A DNA stretch of 64,000 bases from Candidatus Woesearchaeota archaeon (lineage in GTDB: Archaea > Nanobdellota > Nanobdellia > Woesearchaeales > UBA11576), in the NCBI GenBank assembly GCA_016929255.1, contig JAFGJH010000029.1, forward strand, positions 375-64,374. Reading direction: 5' to 3'. The notes beneath the pieces were generated by a model, which worked only from the letters and a program-made list of their open reading frames with translations, ran no database searches and was not told the origin of the DNA. Shown one piece after another: positions 1 through 11,158 of the stretch. The position numbers were made by a program, and so were the translations under genes. How positions within the stretch are numbered: position 1 is the first letter of the stretch; every line of letters begins with the position of its first letter.

Positions 1-910
1 CACCGACCTCAAACTCTGTGCCTGCTGAAGTGACTTCAGCAGTAAGGTCAGGCCTCCTGACCTCAGTGCCAGGCTTGTAGAGCAGGACGGTGGTGGATGC
101 CACGTTATTGTCCTCGTTCCACTCAGGGACATTGTCCCCGTAATCCGCGACAATCGTGGGCCTTACTGAAGTCGGCAGTATCGATCCTGGAAGATGCAGC
201 AAGGATAATGCAGGGTATGTAAAGCTGATTGTGCCAACAAACGTCTCTCCTGCATCAAGCGCAACAGTGTCGGATATCATCGGCTTGATCTTTGAGACCG
301 AACCAGCAGGGAGGCGGAAAGGCAGCAAAGTCCTGTTAGCATAGTCCGGATAGAATGCATAAGTGAACTTAGCAGGCTTTGTCCCGACATTCTTTATACC
401 AAACTTGAAATTGACAGTCTCGCCTAAAGCGACCTTCTTCCTGTCAGGCTCGATTGAGAGAACTGTCAGGTCAGCCATCCTGAGCACAGGTATCCTTGGC
501 TCAATATGGATGTCAGGTCTAAGGTCCAGGGAAGGCAGGCTTGAATCATCGTCTTCTGTATCGTCTATGCTGGGCAATGCGCAGTCATCACTTCCATCAC
601 TTCCGTCATCTACAGGCAGTGCAGGGATAGGAATCCCGGGCGCCAGAGGCACCTTAGGAATGTCTGTCTGAGGTATTGCAGGCTCTATAGGAACCTTGGG
701 AGTCTCATAGATGGGCTTTATTGTCTTTGTTATTGTCTTTATTGAAACAGCCGGCTCTGTCTTAACAAGCATCTTAGACGTCGCATTGGCTGTGTAGTCT
801 TTGTCTACAGGCTTAAATGCCACCATCTGCAAAGAAAACACGTTGGACGCCAAAATAATCACTAAAAATAGCGCTATAACGGAAATAACCGTTGATTTGC
901 GTTCTTTCAT
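1..910 (-). CDS. Secreted/surface protein with CARDB-like Ig domain(s); partial, runs off the left edge
   Basis: ATG at 910 after GGAGG. Hand translation: MKERKSTVISVIALFLVIILASNVFS (signal peptide), Pro/Asp-rich linker, then ADLTVLSIEP...GETVNFKFGIKNVG...IVADYGDNVPELNEDNNVAS, which is the CARDB pattern. Not in the ORF track because it has no stop in the window. Confidence 0.75.
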   Translation of the reverse strand, partial: MKERKSTVISVIALFLVIILASNVFSLQMVAFKPVDKDYTANATSKMLVKTEPAVSIKTITKTIKPIYETPKVPIEPAIPQTDIPKVPLAPGIPIPALPVDDGSDGSDDCALPSIDDTEDDDSSLPSLDLRPDIHIEPRIPVLRMADLTVLSIEPDRKKVALGETVNFKFGIKNVGTKPAKFTYAFYPDYANRTLLPFRLPAGSVSKIKPMISDTVALDAGETFVGTISFTYPALSLLHLPGSILPTSVRPTIVADYGDNVPEWNEDNNVASTTVLLYKPGTEVRRPDLTAEVTSAGTEFEVG

Positions 911-1103
911 CTTAAAACCTCCCTGTTGAAATCTTGAGCATAATAAATGATTAATTTAGTTATTTGGTAGTGGTGATTATTTTAGTATTTAAATCTTTCG
1001 GTGGTGTAGTTACTATTTAGTGACAAAAACATATAGAATGCCTTTAAAACGCAAAACACAGGAGAAAAAAATGAACAAAAAAACAATATGAAGAGAATAT
1101 CAG

Positions 1104-1319
<216 letters not shown>

Positions 1320-1476
1320 AATAGCACCCCCAGGATTGATATCATATGAAAACCACCCTTTTGCAGCGCAGGGGAAAACAAGTCATATTTAAAATTAATG
1401 TTTTTGTAACTGTTCAGACACGAAAAGAAAAAGAAGAAAGAGAAGCAGAAAAACCAAAAAATAAAGGATTAAGGGC

Positions 1477-4400
1477 TCAGAGCCCGTGGCCTGGCCTTTT
1501 CTTCTCAACAAAGTAGAGCGCAACCATCACCCCTGCTATGATGGCTATCAGCGTCCCGAAGAGGTACCAGTACCAGGCACCCTTCTGCTCATTGACAACA
1601 GTCTCCGCGGGCGCAGGAGGCGTTGCTGTAGGAGCTGCAGAGGTCTCCGGAGCAGCAGGCGCTGCAGCCTCGCCAACATCAGCAGGAGATTCCCCTTCAG
1701 CAGGAGCTGCAGAAGCAGTCCTCTTGGCAGGAGGAAGCAGGGCAATCTTGGATCCTCCGCTGACAAGTGAGGTCACCTTGACAAGAGCCTTGTTGTATAC
1801 TATGTCAATCAGCTTGACAGTGACATCATCCCTGGTATCACCGTCAAGATTTACATCCTTGCTCTGGCCGATGTAAAGTGTGAAAGACTGAGGCTCACTC
1901 AGCACCTCAAAATCCACAGAAGCCTCGCCCAGGCGGATGACCTTAACATAGTGGTCCTTGGCATCATGCGTGAAATGCATGCTGTCACCGCTCTTCAGCC
2001 CCATCTCTGTCTGGCCGCCGGTGAGGTCGCCCAGTTCAAGGATGGACGTCGTGGTGTAGGAACCGCCACCACCACCGCCACCACCGCCGGTGCTTGCCGC
2101 TGACGTGGTGAAGTTGAACGGCCCTCTTTCAGTGGTATCGACGTTACCCGCCTCATCCCGGCACCGTGTCACATTATAGTAATAAGTCGTCGAAGCGCTC
2201 AAACCGCTCAAAGTGACCGCGCCTGTTGCCGAAATGCTTCCTGCCACCACTGTTCCAAGCAGACTTTCATTAGTCCCATAATTCACGGTGCATATCACAT
2301 TTTCAGTGAACGAGCTTGAAGATACTGTCGCACCGCTTGAGCTTAATGAGGAAGCGGTGAAGTCGTTCGGGACGGCCTGGATCAGATTATCTGTGGTGTA
2401 ATTTGTAGTGACTGTGTTGTTGGCGTTGGTCAAAGTATCCAGTGCAGTAAACGTCAAAGTACATACACTGTTTGCAGCACAGCCGAAATTAGTGCCAGTG
2501 TCATTAACTTCATACAGTCCAGCACCCATCGCAGTCATCGCGACACCTTCAACACTTACAGAGGTCATTCCAGCAGGGCTGTCTGTCGCGGTGACCCTCA
2601 CCATCACATCATCACCTATCTTTGCTTTCGTGACGTTCACGCCAGGGTTGATTACAAGAGGACCGTCGTTGTCTATCTGCAGGTTGGTGGTCGCTGTTCC
2701 GATGTTTCCTGCTCCATCTGTCGCGGTAAATGTTATGAGACATGCGCTTGTGCTAATAGCGCAACCCAGACCTGCACCCCCGACAGCGACACCTGCTATT
2801 GACCATGTGTTGCTGGTGCCCTGCCTTGTCATGGCATGCCCGTTGGCAGTGACTGATGCGTTGGTGTTTATCTCATCCACCGTGACATTGAGCGTGACTG
2901 TGTCCGCGCTTCGCCGCAGACTTGAGCTGTTGTATGTGAACGCCACCACCGGTGCAGTATCATCCACCATCACCGTAGTTGTCTCCGTATTGTTGGCATT
3001 GCCTGCCATGTCTGTGGCTGTGAACCCAATTGTGCAGACTGCGTTCGCTGCGCAGCCCAGGGCTGAAGCATTAGTGGTCGCGTTCCAGCTGCTGCCAGTA
3101 TTAGTCAAAGCAACACTGTTGTTACTTACAACAGAAGTCACATTGCTGACATCAGAGACGACTGCTCCGATATACAGCGCGGATGCTGGCTTGACTTCAA
3201 AAGGACTTGCTGAAGGCGCAGTCACGGCAGGATTGGTGTCATCCACATAATAAGATGTGGTCTCAGTATCATTGTAGTTGCCGAGAGTGTCTGAAGCGTT
3301 TATCGTTATTGGGCACGTAGCGTCACCTGAGCATCCGAGGTCGGTCGCATTGAAATTTCCTGACCATGTTCCTGATGTTGTAGTGCCTGAAAGAAGAGAC
3401 ATAGACTGCCCGTTCGCACGGACATCAGCAACAGTTGCAGGATCGGCCACTGTCGCCTGGATGTTTACCACAGTTGAACTGCTTACATTCGTCGCATTGG
3501 TCACGCTGACTCCGCTGACTGAAGGCGGTCCGACATCAACAGTGAATGAAGTGACCACGCTAGTATTGGACTGGTTCCAATAATCTGTAGCGTTGAATGT
3601 TACGGTGCAGGTCCCTGATTCAGTGCATCCCAATGCAGCAGGGGTTGTCGTCAAGTTATAACCAGTCGCGCTGTGGTTGGTCATCGGGACCATTGTTGTG
3701 TAACCTGCTTCGACACTTGACACGTTTGTCGAGTCAGTCACTGTTACATTCAGCAATATCACTGTATTGCTGTTCACTATCCCAGTCACATTACTCTGGT
3801 TGTTAGTCACTGAAGGCGCTGAAGAGTCAGTGCTAAAGTTCCAGACAGTGTAGTTGCTGTTACCAGTATCATCACCATAATCATATGCTGTTATGTTCAA
3901 CACATGGGAACCGTCCCCTAATGGTGCGGTCAGATTGCAATTATAAAGCTCAGATCCAGGAGATGTTGCATTACACGTCACTTCATACCGACTGTCTCCC
4001 GGATTGTAGCTATAACCAGTACCATCAAGATAAACCTGCACCCAGCTTACTTGCGTTCCTGTACCATTGACTGTGAAATTAATCAAAGGCGCCGGACCCC
4101 GGACTGTCGTCATGTTCGGCGCGGGCGAGTTCACAGTTATGGTTGGCGCAACAGTATCTGAAGCGTTGTAGCCTGAGAATCCATTGACCATGAAAGTCAG
4201 GTTGCCGAAAGTACCATTGACTGTTGTGTAAGGCTCATATAGTGTAGTAAATGCTGTTTCATTAATCCCCGCAGCACCCGGATCAGCAACCAATGATGGC
4301 ATTGAGTCAAAAGGCAGACCGTAAAGTGTCAGTATTGCTGTCCTATTAAATGTAGCCACTGCAGACGAATTGAGATATATCCTGCTATTGCCAAATTGGC

Positions 4401-7400
4401 CGTCAGGAGTTATCGTGACATCAATGGAATCAAGGAAACTACCCAATTGCTGGAATGCCTCCTCTGAAGTCAGATTTATGTCAGTGAAGTTGAACTTGGC
4501 AGAACGATGCAACAAGTCATCTGCAACAAGAGCAGGAATTCCGCATGACGTAGAGTAGTTCAGGTCTATGAGCAGGTTCAGGTCTATGTGGTTCCAGTCA
4601 GTCTCTGTACTGAAATCAGTTGAGCCTGCTGCAATCTCACCGCATCCTGCAGGATCACCAGGCATGAGAGTCATGTTGTAGAGCACTACGGTCTCAAAGA
4701 CAATATCAAGACCTCCTTCTTGGGGATTGCCTGCAAAATCATACGCAATAAGAGTTATGTTCTTCGGCTCAAAGTCATAGGAGCTGGTGTCTGATACGCT
4801 CGCATCCACCACCCAAAGCCCAGAATCAGGGGTCATGTTCACTATGGAAACATTAGCGGAAGGTATCTCTGTAAAATTCGCGGTCACGTATGCCACACCA
4901 GTACCTGCATCAGTGTAATTGGCCTCTATCGAAATGACATTATTAGGCGCGAAACCGCTTACCATAATATCAGGCTCATCAAGCGCAGTGTAATCGACTA
5001 CCGGTCCGACAACATCATAAGTGACCGTCCTTGTCGCTGAGCTGCCCGCGTTGCCGTTGATAGTATCTAAGACATTGGAACCCGCCTTATCATAACATGT
5101 GACATTCCATGTGTAGATGCCAGGCGCTGCGAATGACAAAGTCAATGTTGTGGCAGTATCATTAATCGTAGTGTCGTTACCAATCGTCGAGACAGGGGTT
5201 CCTGAAGCGTTGTAGAGTGTCGCGTTGCAGGTAGCGTTGGTCGCAAGATCGTCAGTCACAATGAATACCGCATCAAAAGACCCGACGCTCGTGTTGAAAC
5301 TATCAGCAGGAGATGAAGGCATCACAGAAGGTGCTGTGTTATCCACTATGATGTCAAAAGCCTCTGTATCATTGTACATATATCCGTTCGTTGCGTTTAC
5401 TACGAGGTCGCTCGTCGGACCATCAATGAAACCTGAAAGATAAACAACAGCCCACCATATCGCATTGGTAGGGTCCGCGCCCGACATCACCATCGGCTGA
5501 GCAGCTGTCCCGTTCCATACTGCGACAGCGGTCACGGGCTGCACATCAGTCACGTTCACAGAGAAGTTGAACATGCTGAACATCCTGACATCCGGGTACA
5601 TAGGCATATCTAAAAGAACGCCAGGCATTGAGCAGACCGGAGGAGCGCCGTAAGTGGTCCAGCCGTTCGAGGCGTTATACGGATAACTGTCCACTACATT
5701 GGCCGCGTTCGAGTCCACACCGGCCGTGAATAAAGAACCGCAGGTCGAATGACCCCAATAGTTGCCCTGATTATTATAATACAGGTCTATAGAGATAAGA
5801 GCATAAACACCGTACTCTGAATTGCTGTATATGTTGTTGTGCCACAGCCGGGTCGTGTTGCTGTCCAGCGAAACTCCGCGTCCAGTGTTGCTCGAGACAT
5901 TGTTCCTAGTGATATTATGATTCGTGCCTGCTATGCTCATCCCGCCAATAAAGCAAGAAGTAATAGTATTGTCCTCTATATTATTAGCAGAAGGCGTTCC
6001 CTGGACAGTTATTCCGGTGCTGTTCACATCATACAGGACGTTGGAAGATATGTTCATGCTGTTTATATTGGAAGTATAAACACCACCGATAAGGTTACTG
6101 CTGGCACCAGTCAAGTCATGTAGCGTGTTACCATAAATCAGCCCGTTGCTAGCAGAACCTCCCGTCACCGCAATCCCTGCCTCATTAGCGACACCTAATG
6201 ATGTAGTGTCGTGAACTATATTACTCATGATCTTGAAACCTGTAGCGGCGCCACTGACAAGTATGCCCTGGAATTTGCTCCCGTACACATTGTTGCCAGT
6301 AATGTTCGAACCTGATCCCCCTTCGACCCAAGCACCATAGTAATTATTATAAAGCGTGTTGTTCAGGAGAAGCACGTTGCTGCTGCCCGTAGCATAGATT
6401 CCTGCCTCGACACCGCTGGTGGTGTTGTAGCCATATATTGTGCAGTTCTTTACAGTAACTCCATTGGCAGTTATGTAAACTCCATACTCGTTGCCGCTGC
6501 TCACATAGTCGCCCTGGATGTGATGACCGTTGCAGTCGAGAGTCACGCCTGCAGTAGCTATGTTCAGACCATTGCCCGTGCAGCCAGCCAAGTCAGCAGG
6601 CAGTGTAGTGTCGCTAGTTATTGTGTCGCCGCACTGCAGATTGAGCGCAGCATACACAGTCTTTGTAGACTCTGTATTGTTTACATTGTCAGTAGAATAG
6701 TACTCAAGAGTATTATTGCCCAAAGCATCGATTGTCACTTCAATCGGTCCTGGCCCGCCAGTCACCCATCCTCCTGAGTTGTAATTGTAGCTTATGTTCC
6801 TACATCCCGAGCTACCGTCGCTGCAGGTGAGATTTACAATATACGGCGCACTATGCCAGCCGCCAGTCTCATTCGTCGTAGTCGACGGAGCAGTGCAGTC
6901 AGTCCATCCTGGGAATATGGTTGCAGTAGCAAGGTTGCCTGCAAGGTCCCACACGCGGAGGTTCAGGTTGTAGTCCTGCTCAGCAGTTGAGGTGCTTGTA
7001 GTCGCGATGCAGTATCCGTGAGTGCTATTGCCACTCCAAGAGGTGCTGGTGTTGTGCCATTGGGCTGGCCCGCTCCTGTCCTTCCATTCGCATGAAGATG
7101 TATTGATTCCTGAACCAGTGTCACTGAAATTGGCAGTGATATTGATATCATTCCTATTGCATGCAAGCCAAGTGCCGTAGACATAAGTGAAATTCACCGC
7201 CGTAGTTGCGCCTGCTGTCGGCGGATTGGAATCAAATAGGAAACTGCGGGTTTCAGAAACATTCGTATCGGTCGTATTTGAGCAGGTTATGTTCCAGAAA
7301 TTCGCATCTTCAATGAAAGCTTCGCTGGAATATATTGCGGCCAGAATATCGACCACAACAGATGCCTGTGAACCAACAACCACGCCGTTTAGCGTGAGAT

Positions 7401-7644
7401 TACAGTCGACAGTCCCTGTGAGCTCATTCGTATAATTGAAGGTGAAAGCTAAAGTATCATTGTCTGTGTTCAGGATAGCACTATCCGGCGGAGAAACAAG
7501 ATTCACGATGGCAAGCACATAGCTCACGTTAAGCAGCAAGACCAGGATTGCGAAGACAAGAAGCAATGACTTAGAAGACGCTGAGGCCAATCTGCCTGAA
7601 AAATAATTTAGCACATTTCTTGTCTTTTTCCCCAAGTTCGCCAC
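1477..7644 (-). CDS. Large cell-surface glycoprotein (signal peptide, right-handed beta-helix/NosD-like repeats, Ig-like repeats, FN3-like domain, C-terminal TM anchor)
   Basis: 2055 aa with an N-terminal hydrophobic segment and CGDTITSDTTL...LDCNGHHIQG beta-helix start. Repeated D-x-x-(A/G)P Ig-like boundaries, many NxT/S sequons, poly-Gly and Pro/Ala linkers, and a C-terminal TM helix followed by KKR. Confidence 0.85.
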   Translation of the reverse strand: MANLGKKTRNVLNYFSGRLASASSKSLLLVFAILVLLLNVSYVLAIVNLVSPPDSAILNTDNDTLAFTFNYTNELTGTVDCNLTLNGVVVGSQASVVVDILAAIYSSEAFIEDANFWNITCSNTTDTNVSETRSFLFDSNPPTAGATTAVNFTYVYGTWLACNRNDINITANFSDTGSGINTSSCEWKDRSGPAQWHNTSTSWSGNSTHGYCIATTSTSTAEQDYNLNLRVWDLAGNLATATIFPGWTDCTAPSTTTNETGGWHSAPYIVNLTCSDGSSGCRNISYNYNSGGWVTGGPGPIEVTIDALGNNTLEYYSTDNVNNTESTKTVYAALNLQCGDTITSDTTLPADLAGCTGNGLNIATAGVTLDCNGHHIQGDYVSSGNEYGVYITANGVTVKNCTIYGYNTTSGVEAGIYATGSSNVLLLNNTLYNNYYGAWVEGGSGSNITGNNVYGSKFQGILVSGAATGFKIMSNIVHDTTSLGVANEAGIAVTGGSASNGLIYGNTLHDLTGASSNLIGGVYTSNINSMNISSNVLYDVNSTGITVQGTPSANNIEDNTITSCFIGGMSIAGTNHNITRNNVSSNTGRGVSLDSNTTRLWHNNIYSNSEYGVYALISIDLYYNNQGNYWGHSTCGSLFTAGVDSNAANVVDSYPYNASNGWTTYGAPPVCSMPGVLLDMPMYPDVRMFSMFNFSVNVTDVQPVTAVAVWNGTAAQPMVMSGADPTNAIWWAVVYLSGFIDGPTSDLVVNATNGYMYNDTEAFDIIVDNTAPSVMPSSPADSFNTSVGSFDAVFIVTDDLATNATCNATLYNASGTPVSTIGNDTTINDTATTLTLSFAAPGIYTWNVTCYDKAGSNVLDTINGNAGSSATRTVTYDVVGPVVDYTALDEPDIMVSGFAPNNVISIEANYTDAGTGVAYVTANFTEIPSANVSIVNMTPDSGLWVVDASVSDTSSYDFEPKNITLIAYDFAGNPQEGGLDIVFETVVLYNMTLMPGDPAGCGEIAAGSTDFSTETDWNHIDLNLLIDLNYSTSCGIPALVADDLLHRSAKFNFTDINLTSEEAFQQLGSFLDSIDVTITPDGQFGNSRIYLNSSAVATFNRTAILTLYGLPFDSMPSLVADPGAAGINETAFTTLYEPYTTVNGTFGNLTFMVNGFSGYNASDTVAPTITVNSPAPNMTTVRGPAPLINFTVNGTGTQVSWVQVYLDGTGYSYNPGDSRYEVTCNATSPGSELYNCNLTAPLGDGSHVLNITAYDYGDDTGNSNYTVWNFSTDSSAPSVTNNQSNVTGIVNSNTVILLNVTVTDSTNVSSVEAGYTTMVPMTNHSATGYNLTTTPAALGCTESGTCTVTFNATDYWNQSNTSVVTSFTVDVGPPSVSGVSVTNATNVSSSTVVNIQATVADPATVADVRANGQSMSLLSGTTTSGTWSGNFNATDLGCSGDATCPITINASDTLGNYNDTETTSYYVDDTNPAVTAPSASPFEVKPASALYIGAVVSDVSNVTSVVSNNSVALTNTGSSWNATTNASALGCAANAVCTIGFTATDMAGNANNTETTTVMVDDTAPVVAFTYNSSSLRRSADTVTLNVTVDEINTNASVTANGHAMTRQGTSNTWSIAGVAVGGAGLGCAISTSACLITFTATDGAGNIGTATTNLQIDNDGPLVINPGVNVTKAKIGDDVMVRVTATDSPAGMTSVSVEGVAMTAMGAGLYEVNDTGTNFGCAANSVCTLTFTALDTLTNANNTVTTNYTTDNLIQAVPNDFTASSLSSSGATVSSSSFTENVICTVNYGTNESLLGTVVAGSISATGAVTLSGLSASTTYYYNVTRCRDEAGNVDTTERGPFNFTTSAASTGGGGGGGGGSYTTTSILELGDLTGGQTEMGLKSGDSMHFTHDAKDHYVKVIRLGEASVDFEVLSEPQSFTLYIGQSKDVNLDGDTRDDVTVKLIDIVYNKALVKVTSLVSGGSKIALLPPAKRTASAAPAEGESPADVGEAAAPAAPETSAAPTATPPAPAETVVNEQKGAWYWYLFGTLIAIIAGVMVALYFVEKKRPGHGL

Positions 7645-7759
7645 CTCTTTAACAATGACAGGTCAGAAGACTGACTCTTCAAACCCCCATCAAAGACCAA
7701 AAGAACATTCATTTATAAACATTTCGGTAATAAAGGAATAAACGGAAACAATCCAAAAA

Positions 7760-10700
7760 TCATGCCTCCGGCTCCTCCCCTATCTCTTCCACAGCCTTCA
7801 AGACAGCCAATCTCAGGTCTCGTGGCCAGGTCTTCTCTATCTCTTTGCTGTAGGTGTGCAGCGCCTTCAGCACATCAGGCCGTATGCCTGTGCGCTCGCC
7901 CTCAAGCATCCTGACAATCTCCTTCTTCGCGAACATGGGCACGCGCTTGAGGTTCCAGGCCTGCTTGATCAGCCGCTGCTTCGTGGACTCGTGTCCGGTA
8001 TCAACCTCGATGCCTTTCCACAGGTCCTCATACACCTTCTTGGTGTCCTCGTCAAAGCTGTCCTTCCTTCCCTGCTCAAGGGATATCTTCGCAAGCACGA
8101 GCTTGTGCATGCGCTTCAGGAACTCTATCCTGTCCTCCATGCGTATCATGTCCATGTGGCCCTGCAGCACAAGGTTGAAAGCGAAAGGGCTCGGGATTGC
8201 AGTATCAATGCCCTTCACGGAGATGCTGTGGTTCTCTATCATGCGGATCACACGTGTGGCATTCTCGATGTCCATAAGGTCCTCGAGCACCTCACGCCTT
8301 GCCTCCTTCAGCACAGGGAAGTCCTTTGATATCCTCTTCACAGCAGACATGAGTATCATTGAGGAGACCTGCTGCCTGCCGACTTTCTTCTGGTGCCCCT
8401 TATAGCTCCTTAGTATCATGAGCGCACGGCCTGCGCAGTGGCGGAACCTCCTGCTCAGCACCTGCGTCCTGTCTATCGCCATGTTGAGCAGCTCATCGAG
8501 CCTCCTGGACTCGAGCAGGGAGAGAGCACGCGCAGCAGGCAGGTTCTTCTTAGCGGCAAGGTAGAAACCGTTGTCAGTCACGCCGATCTCCACATCCTTC
8601 TTCTGGGTCTTGGATATCACGAAAGCGACTGCCCTCGAGAGGCAGTCATTCACCCTCCTGCCGAACATTGTGTGGAACACAGCATATTTCTTATCCTCAT
8701 CGAAATAATGCTCGATCACTATCTCCTTGTCTGTAGGTATCAGCGCGAAGTCATACTGCTCACGCATGTACTCATAGATGGCGTTCGCTGCGTTGTCGTC
8801 TACATAAAGATGCGAATTTATGAACGCAAGAATGTCCTTCCTGGACATCTTGGCCTCGAACTTCTCGCGCATCAGGCGCCTGAACCTGCCGACCTCCTGC
8901 GCAAGGTCAAAGCTGAGGGGCAGCATCTCAGAGAACCACGACGGAACAGTCGGCTTCTTTCCCACAGCAGCCCTGACCTGGGCGACAGTGCCGCGGGAGA
9001 AAAGGAACTCATATGTTGAGCCGCCGAGAATGAACACGTCCCCGCGCTTCAGGCGCTCAAGGAACGCCTCGTCTATCATACCTATGACCTCTGCACCTAC
9101 CTTCACAGTCACGCCAGTCTCGTCAGGTATCGTGCCGATGTTAGTCATGTAAAGAACCCTGGCGAGCTTGCCCTTCCTGCCGACCATGCCTGTCTCAAGG
9201 TCATACCATATCTTCGCATAAACATGCCTGTCCTCGAGAGAGACATGCTCACCTGAAAGATAGCGTATGACTGAGTAAAAATCCTCGCTTTCAAGGCTTC
9301 GATAGCAATAACTCTTCTTGATGAGAGCAAGAAGCTCAGAGACGTGCATCTTCTCACTGATGCAGATGCCGTATATCTGCTGCGCTAGCACATCGAGGCA
9401 GTTGCTCGGGATGTGTATCCTGTCTATCTTTTTCTCCACAGCACTCTTGAGAAGGACAGAGCACTCGACGAGATCATCGCGGTCGAGCACTATGATGCGG
9501 CCCTTTGTTGTCGCATGCAGCTGGTGGCCTGAGCGGCCGACGCGCTGGAGCGCGCGGGCTACTGACTTGGGGGAGCCGAGGAGTATCACAAGGTCTATGT
9601 AACCGATGTCAATGCCTAGCTCAAGTGATGTGGAGCAGACGACGCACTTGATCTTTCCCTGGCGCAGGCCTTCCTCTATCCTATGACGATGGGTCTTCGA
9701 CAGCGATCCGTGGTGCGCTCCGATGGCGGTGACCTTCTTGTACTCTTTCTCGTCCAGGATGTTCGGTATTTCCTCCTGCTCAGCAGGCGATGCCGCAACC
9801 GCCACTTTGCGAGCCGAAACGGAATCAGTCTTTGCGCCCGTCGCGGGGGACGTCTCCGACCGAAGGGAGCGAGATGCCAAAGCCGCAGCTTTGAGCACCC
9901 CATCCGGGGAGGCAGGGCCTGCGAAACCTCCATCAAAAGGCGAGCCTGGCGTTGCGGCATTGCCATCACCATCACCATTCTCAAGCACAACATTGCCTTC
10001 GCTATTCGTTTTCAGCTTTGCCTTGAAGTCATCTTCATCAGCATTAGTAATCACGTCAGTGTAGTTCTTCGGGAAGCGCTCCTTGAGGTAATGGACAATC
10101 CTCTCTGTCGCCGAGCGGGTGTTTGTGAAGATGAGTGTGGTCTTGTGCTGCTGGATCAGGCCGTTGATCAGATCGTACATCCTGTTGTGCATGCCTTCAT
10201 GCGTCGTGTCTATAAGGTCAGGCACCGGAGACAGCACCTTCATGTCTAGCTGCTTTATGAACTGCACATCAACTATCCTGCAGCTGCGCGCTGTGCCAAC
10301 GAGGAACTTAGCCACATCCTCCAACGGCGCTATCGTCGCAGAAAGCCCGACACGGCACATGCCAGGCGAGATGCGCTGCAGCATCTCCATACTCAGGCTC
10401 AGATGCACACCCCTCTTGTTCTCAGCAAGAGCGTGTATCTCGTCGATGATGCCCCACTCGACACTGCTCAGGTGCCTGCGGAAGTTCACAGACTGCAACA
10501 GGATTGCCAGGGATTCAGGTGTCGTGATGAGGATGTGAGGCGGGATCTTCATCATCTTTGCACGCTCTTTGGGTGATGTGTCCCCTGTGCGGACCCCGAC
10601 TCGTATGCCCAGGCGCTTCCCCGCAAGCTTCTCTATCTCCTTCAGGGGATTCCGGAGGTTGTGCTGGATATCATAGTTCAGCGCCTTCAGCGGGGAGATG

Positions 10701-10972
10701 TACACTGCGTAGACCTTGTCCTCCAGCTGCTTCTTCTCAGCAAGGTCCACAAGCTCATTCAATATGGAGAGAAAACCTGTGAGTGTCTTAGTGGCGCCAG
10801 TCGGGGCGGACACGAGAATGTTCTGCCTGCAGTGGATGTCATACACACCGAAGAGCTGCGGCAAAGAGAACTCCTTGAATCGCGAGAAGAACCAGTCCTT
10901 GACAGTGGGTGACAATATCTTGAGCAGTTTGTCTGCTGTTTCAGGCTTTTCCTTGAATTTTATGTCTTGCAT
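7760..10972 (-). CDS. lhr: ATP-dependent SF2 helicase Lhr (archaeal Lhr-core) with internal insertion
   Basis: APTGATKT Walker A variant, YISPLKAL, ITTPESL, IIDEIH, GLSAT, IFTNTR, AHHGSLS, STSLELGIDIG, QRVGRSGH, NIGTIPD. Confidence 0.93.
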   Translation of the reverse strand: MQDIKFKEKPETADKLLKILSPTVKDWFFSRFKEFSLPQLFGVYDIHCRQNILVSAPTGATKTLTGFLSILNELVDLAEKKQLEDKVYAVYISPLKALNYDIQHNLRNPLKEIEKLAGKRLGIRVGVRTGDTSPKERAKMMKIPPHILITTPESLAILLQSVNFRRHLSSVEWGIIDEIHALAENKRGVHLSLSMEMLQRISPGMCRVGLSATIAPLEDVAKFLVGTARSCRIVDVQFIKQLDMKVLSPVPDLIDTTHEGMHNRMYDLINGLIQQHKTTLIFTNTRSATERIVHYLKERFPKNYTDVITNADEDDFKAKLKTNSEGNVVLENGDGDGNAATPGSPFDGGFAGPASPDGVLKAAALASRSLRSETSPATGAKTDSVSARKVAVAASPAEQEEIPNILDEKEYKKVTAIGAHHGSLSKTHRHRIEEGLRQGKIKCVVCSTSLELGIDIGYIDLVILLGSPKSVARALQRVGRSGHQLHATTKGRIIVLDRDDLVECSVLLKSAVEKKIDRIHIPSNCLDVLAQQIYGICISEKMHVSELLALIKKSYCYRSLESEDFYSVIRYLSGEHVSLEDRHVYAKIWYDLETGMVGRKGKLARVLYMTNIGTIPDETGVTVKVGAEVIGMIDEAFLERLKRGDVFILGGSTYEFLFSRGTVAQVRAAVGKKPTVPSWFSEMLPLSFDLAQEVGRFRRLMREKFEAKMSRKDILAFINSHLYVDDNAANAIYEYMREQYDFALIPTDKEIVIEHYFDEDKKYAVFHTMFGRRVNDCLSRAVAFVISKTQKKDVEIGVTDNGFYLAAKKNLPAARALSLLESRRLDELLNMAIDRTQVLSRRFRHCAGRALMILRSYKGHQKKVGRQQVSSMILMSAVKRISKDFPVLKEARREVLEDLMDIENATRVIRMIENHSISVKGIDTAIPSPFAFNLVLQGHMDMIRMEDRIEFLKRMHKLVLAKISLEQGRKDSFDEDTKKVYEDLWKGIEVDTGHESTKQRLIKQAWNLKRVPMFAKKEIVRMLEGERTGIRPDVLKALHTYSKEIEKTWPRDLRLAVLKAVEEIGEEPEA

Positions 10973-11158
10973 CTCTGTTCCGAATCTGAATCACCTCTCC
11001 AGAACCGTGTTTAAATAGTTTGTCAGGACATGTCCAGTGGAGCCGTGTCCAGTGTGATGCAAGCATAAAAAACAACACCCATTTATAAATCTTTTAGTTA
11101 CCGCCAGGTGATTACAGAAAGAAAAACTATATAAATAGGGCATCAGCGACCAGAAAAC

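Noticed and set aside
9740-10060. Intein in Lhr
   Set aside because: No Cys/Ser start block, no His-Asn end and no LAGLIDADG motifs.
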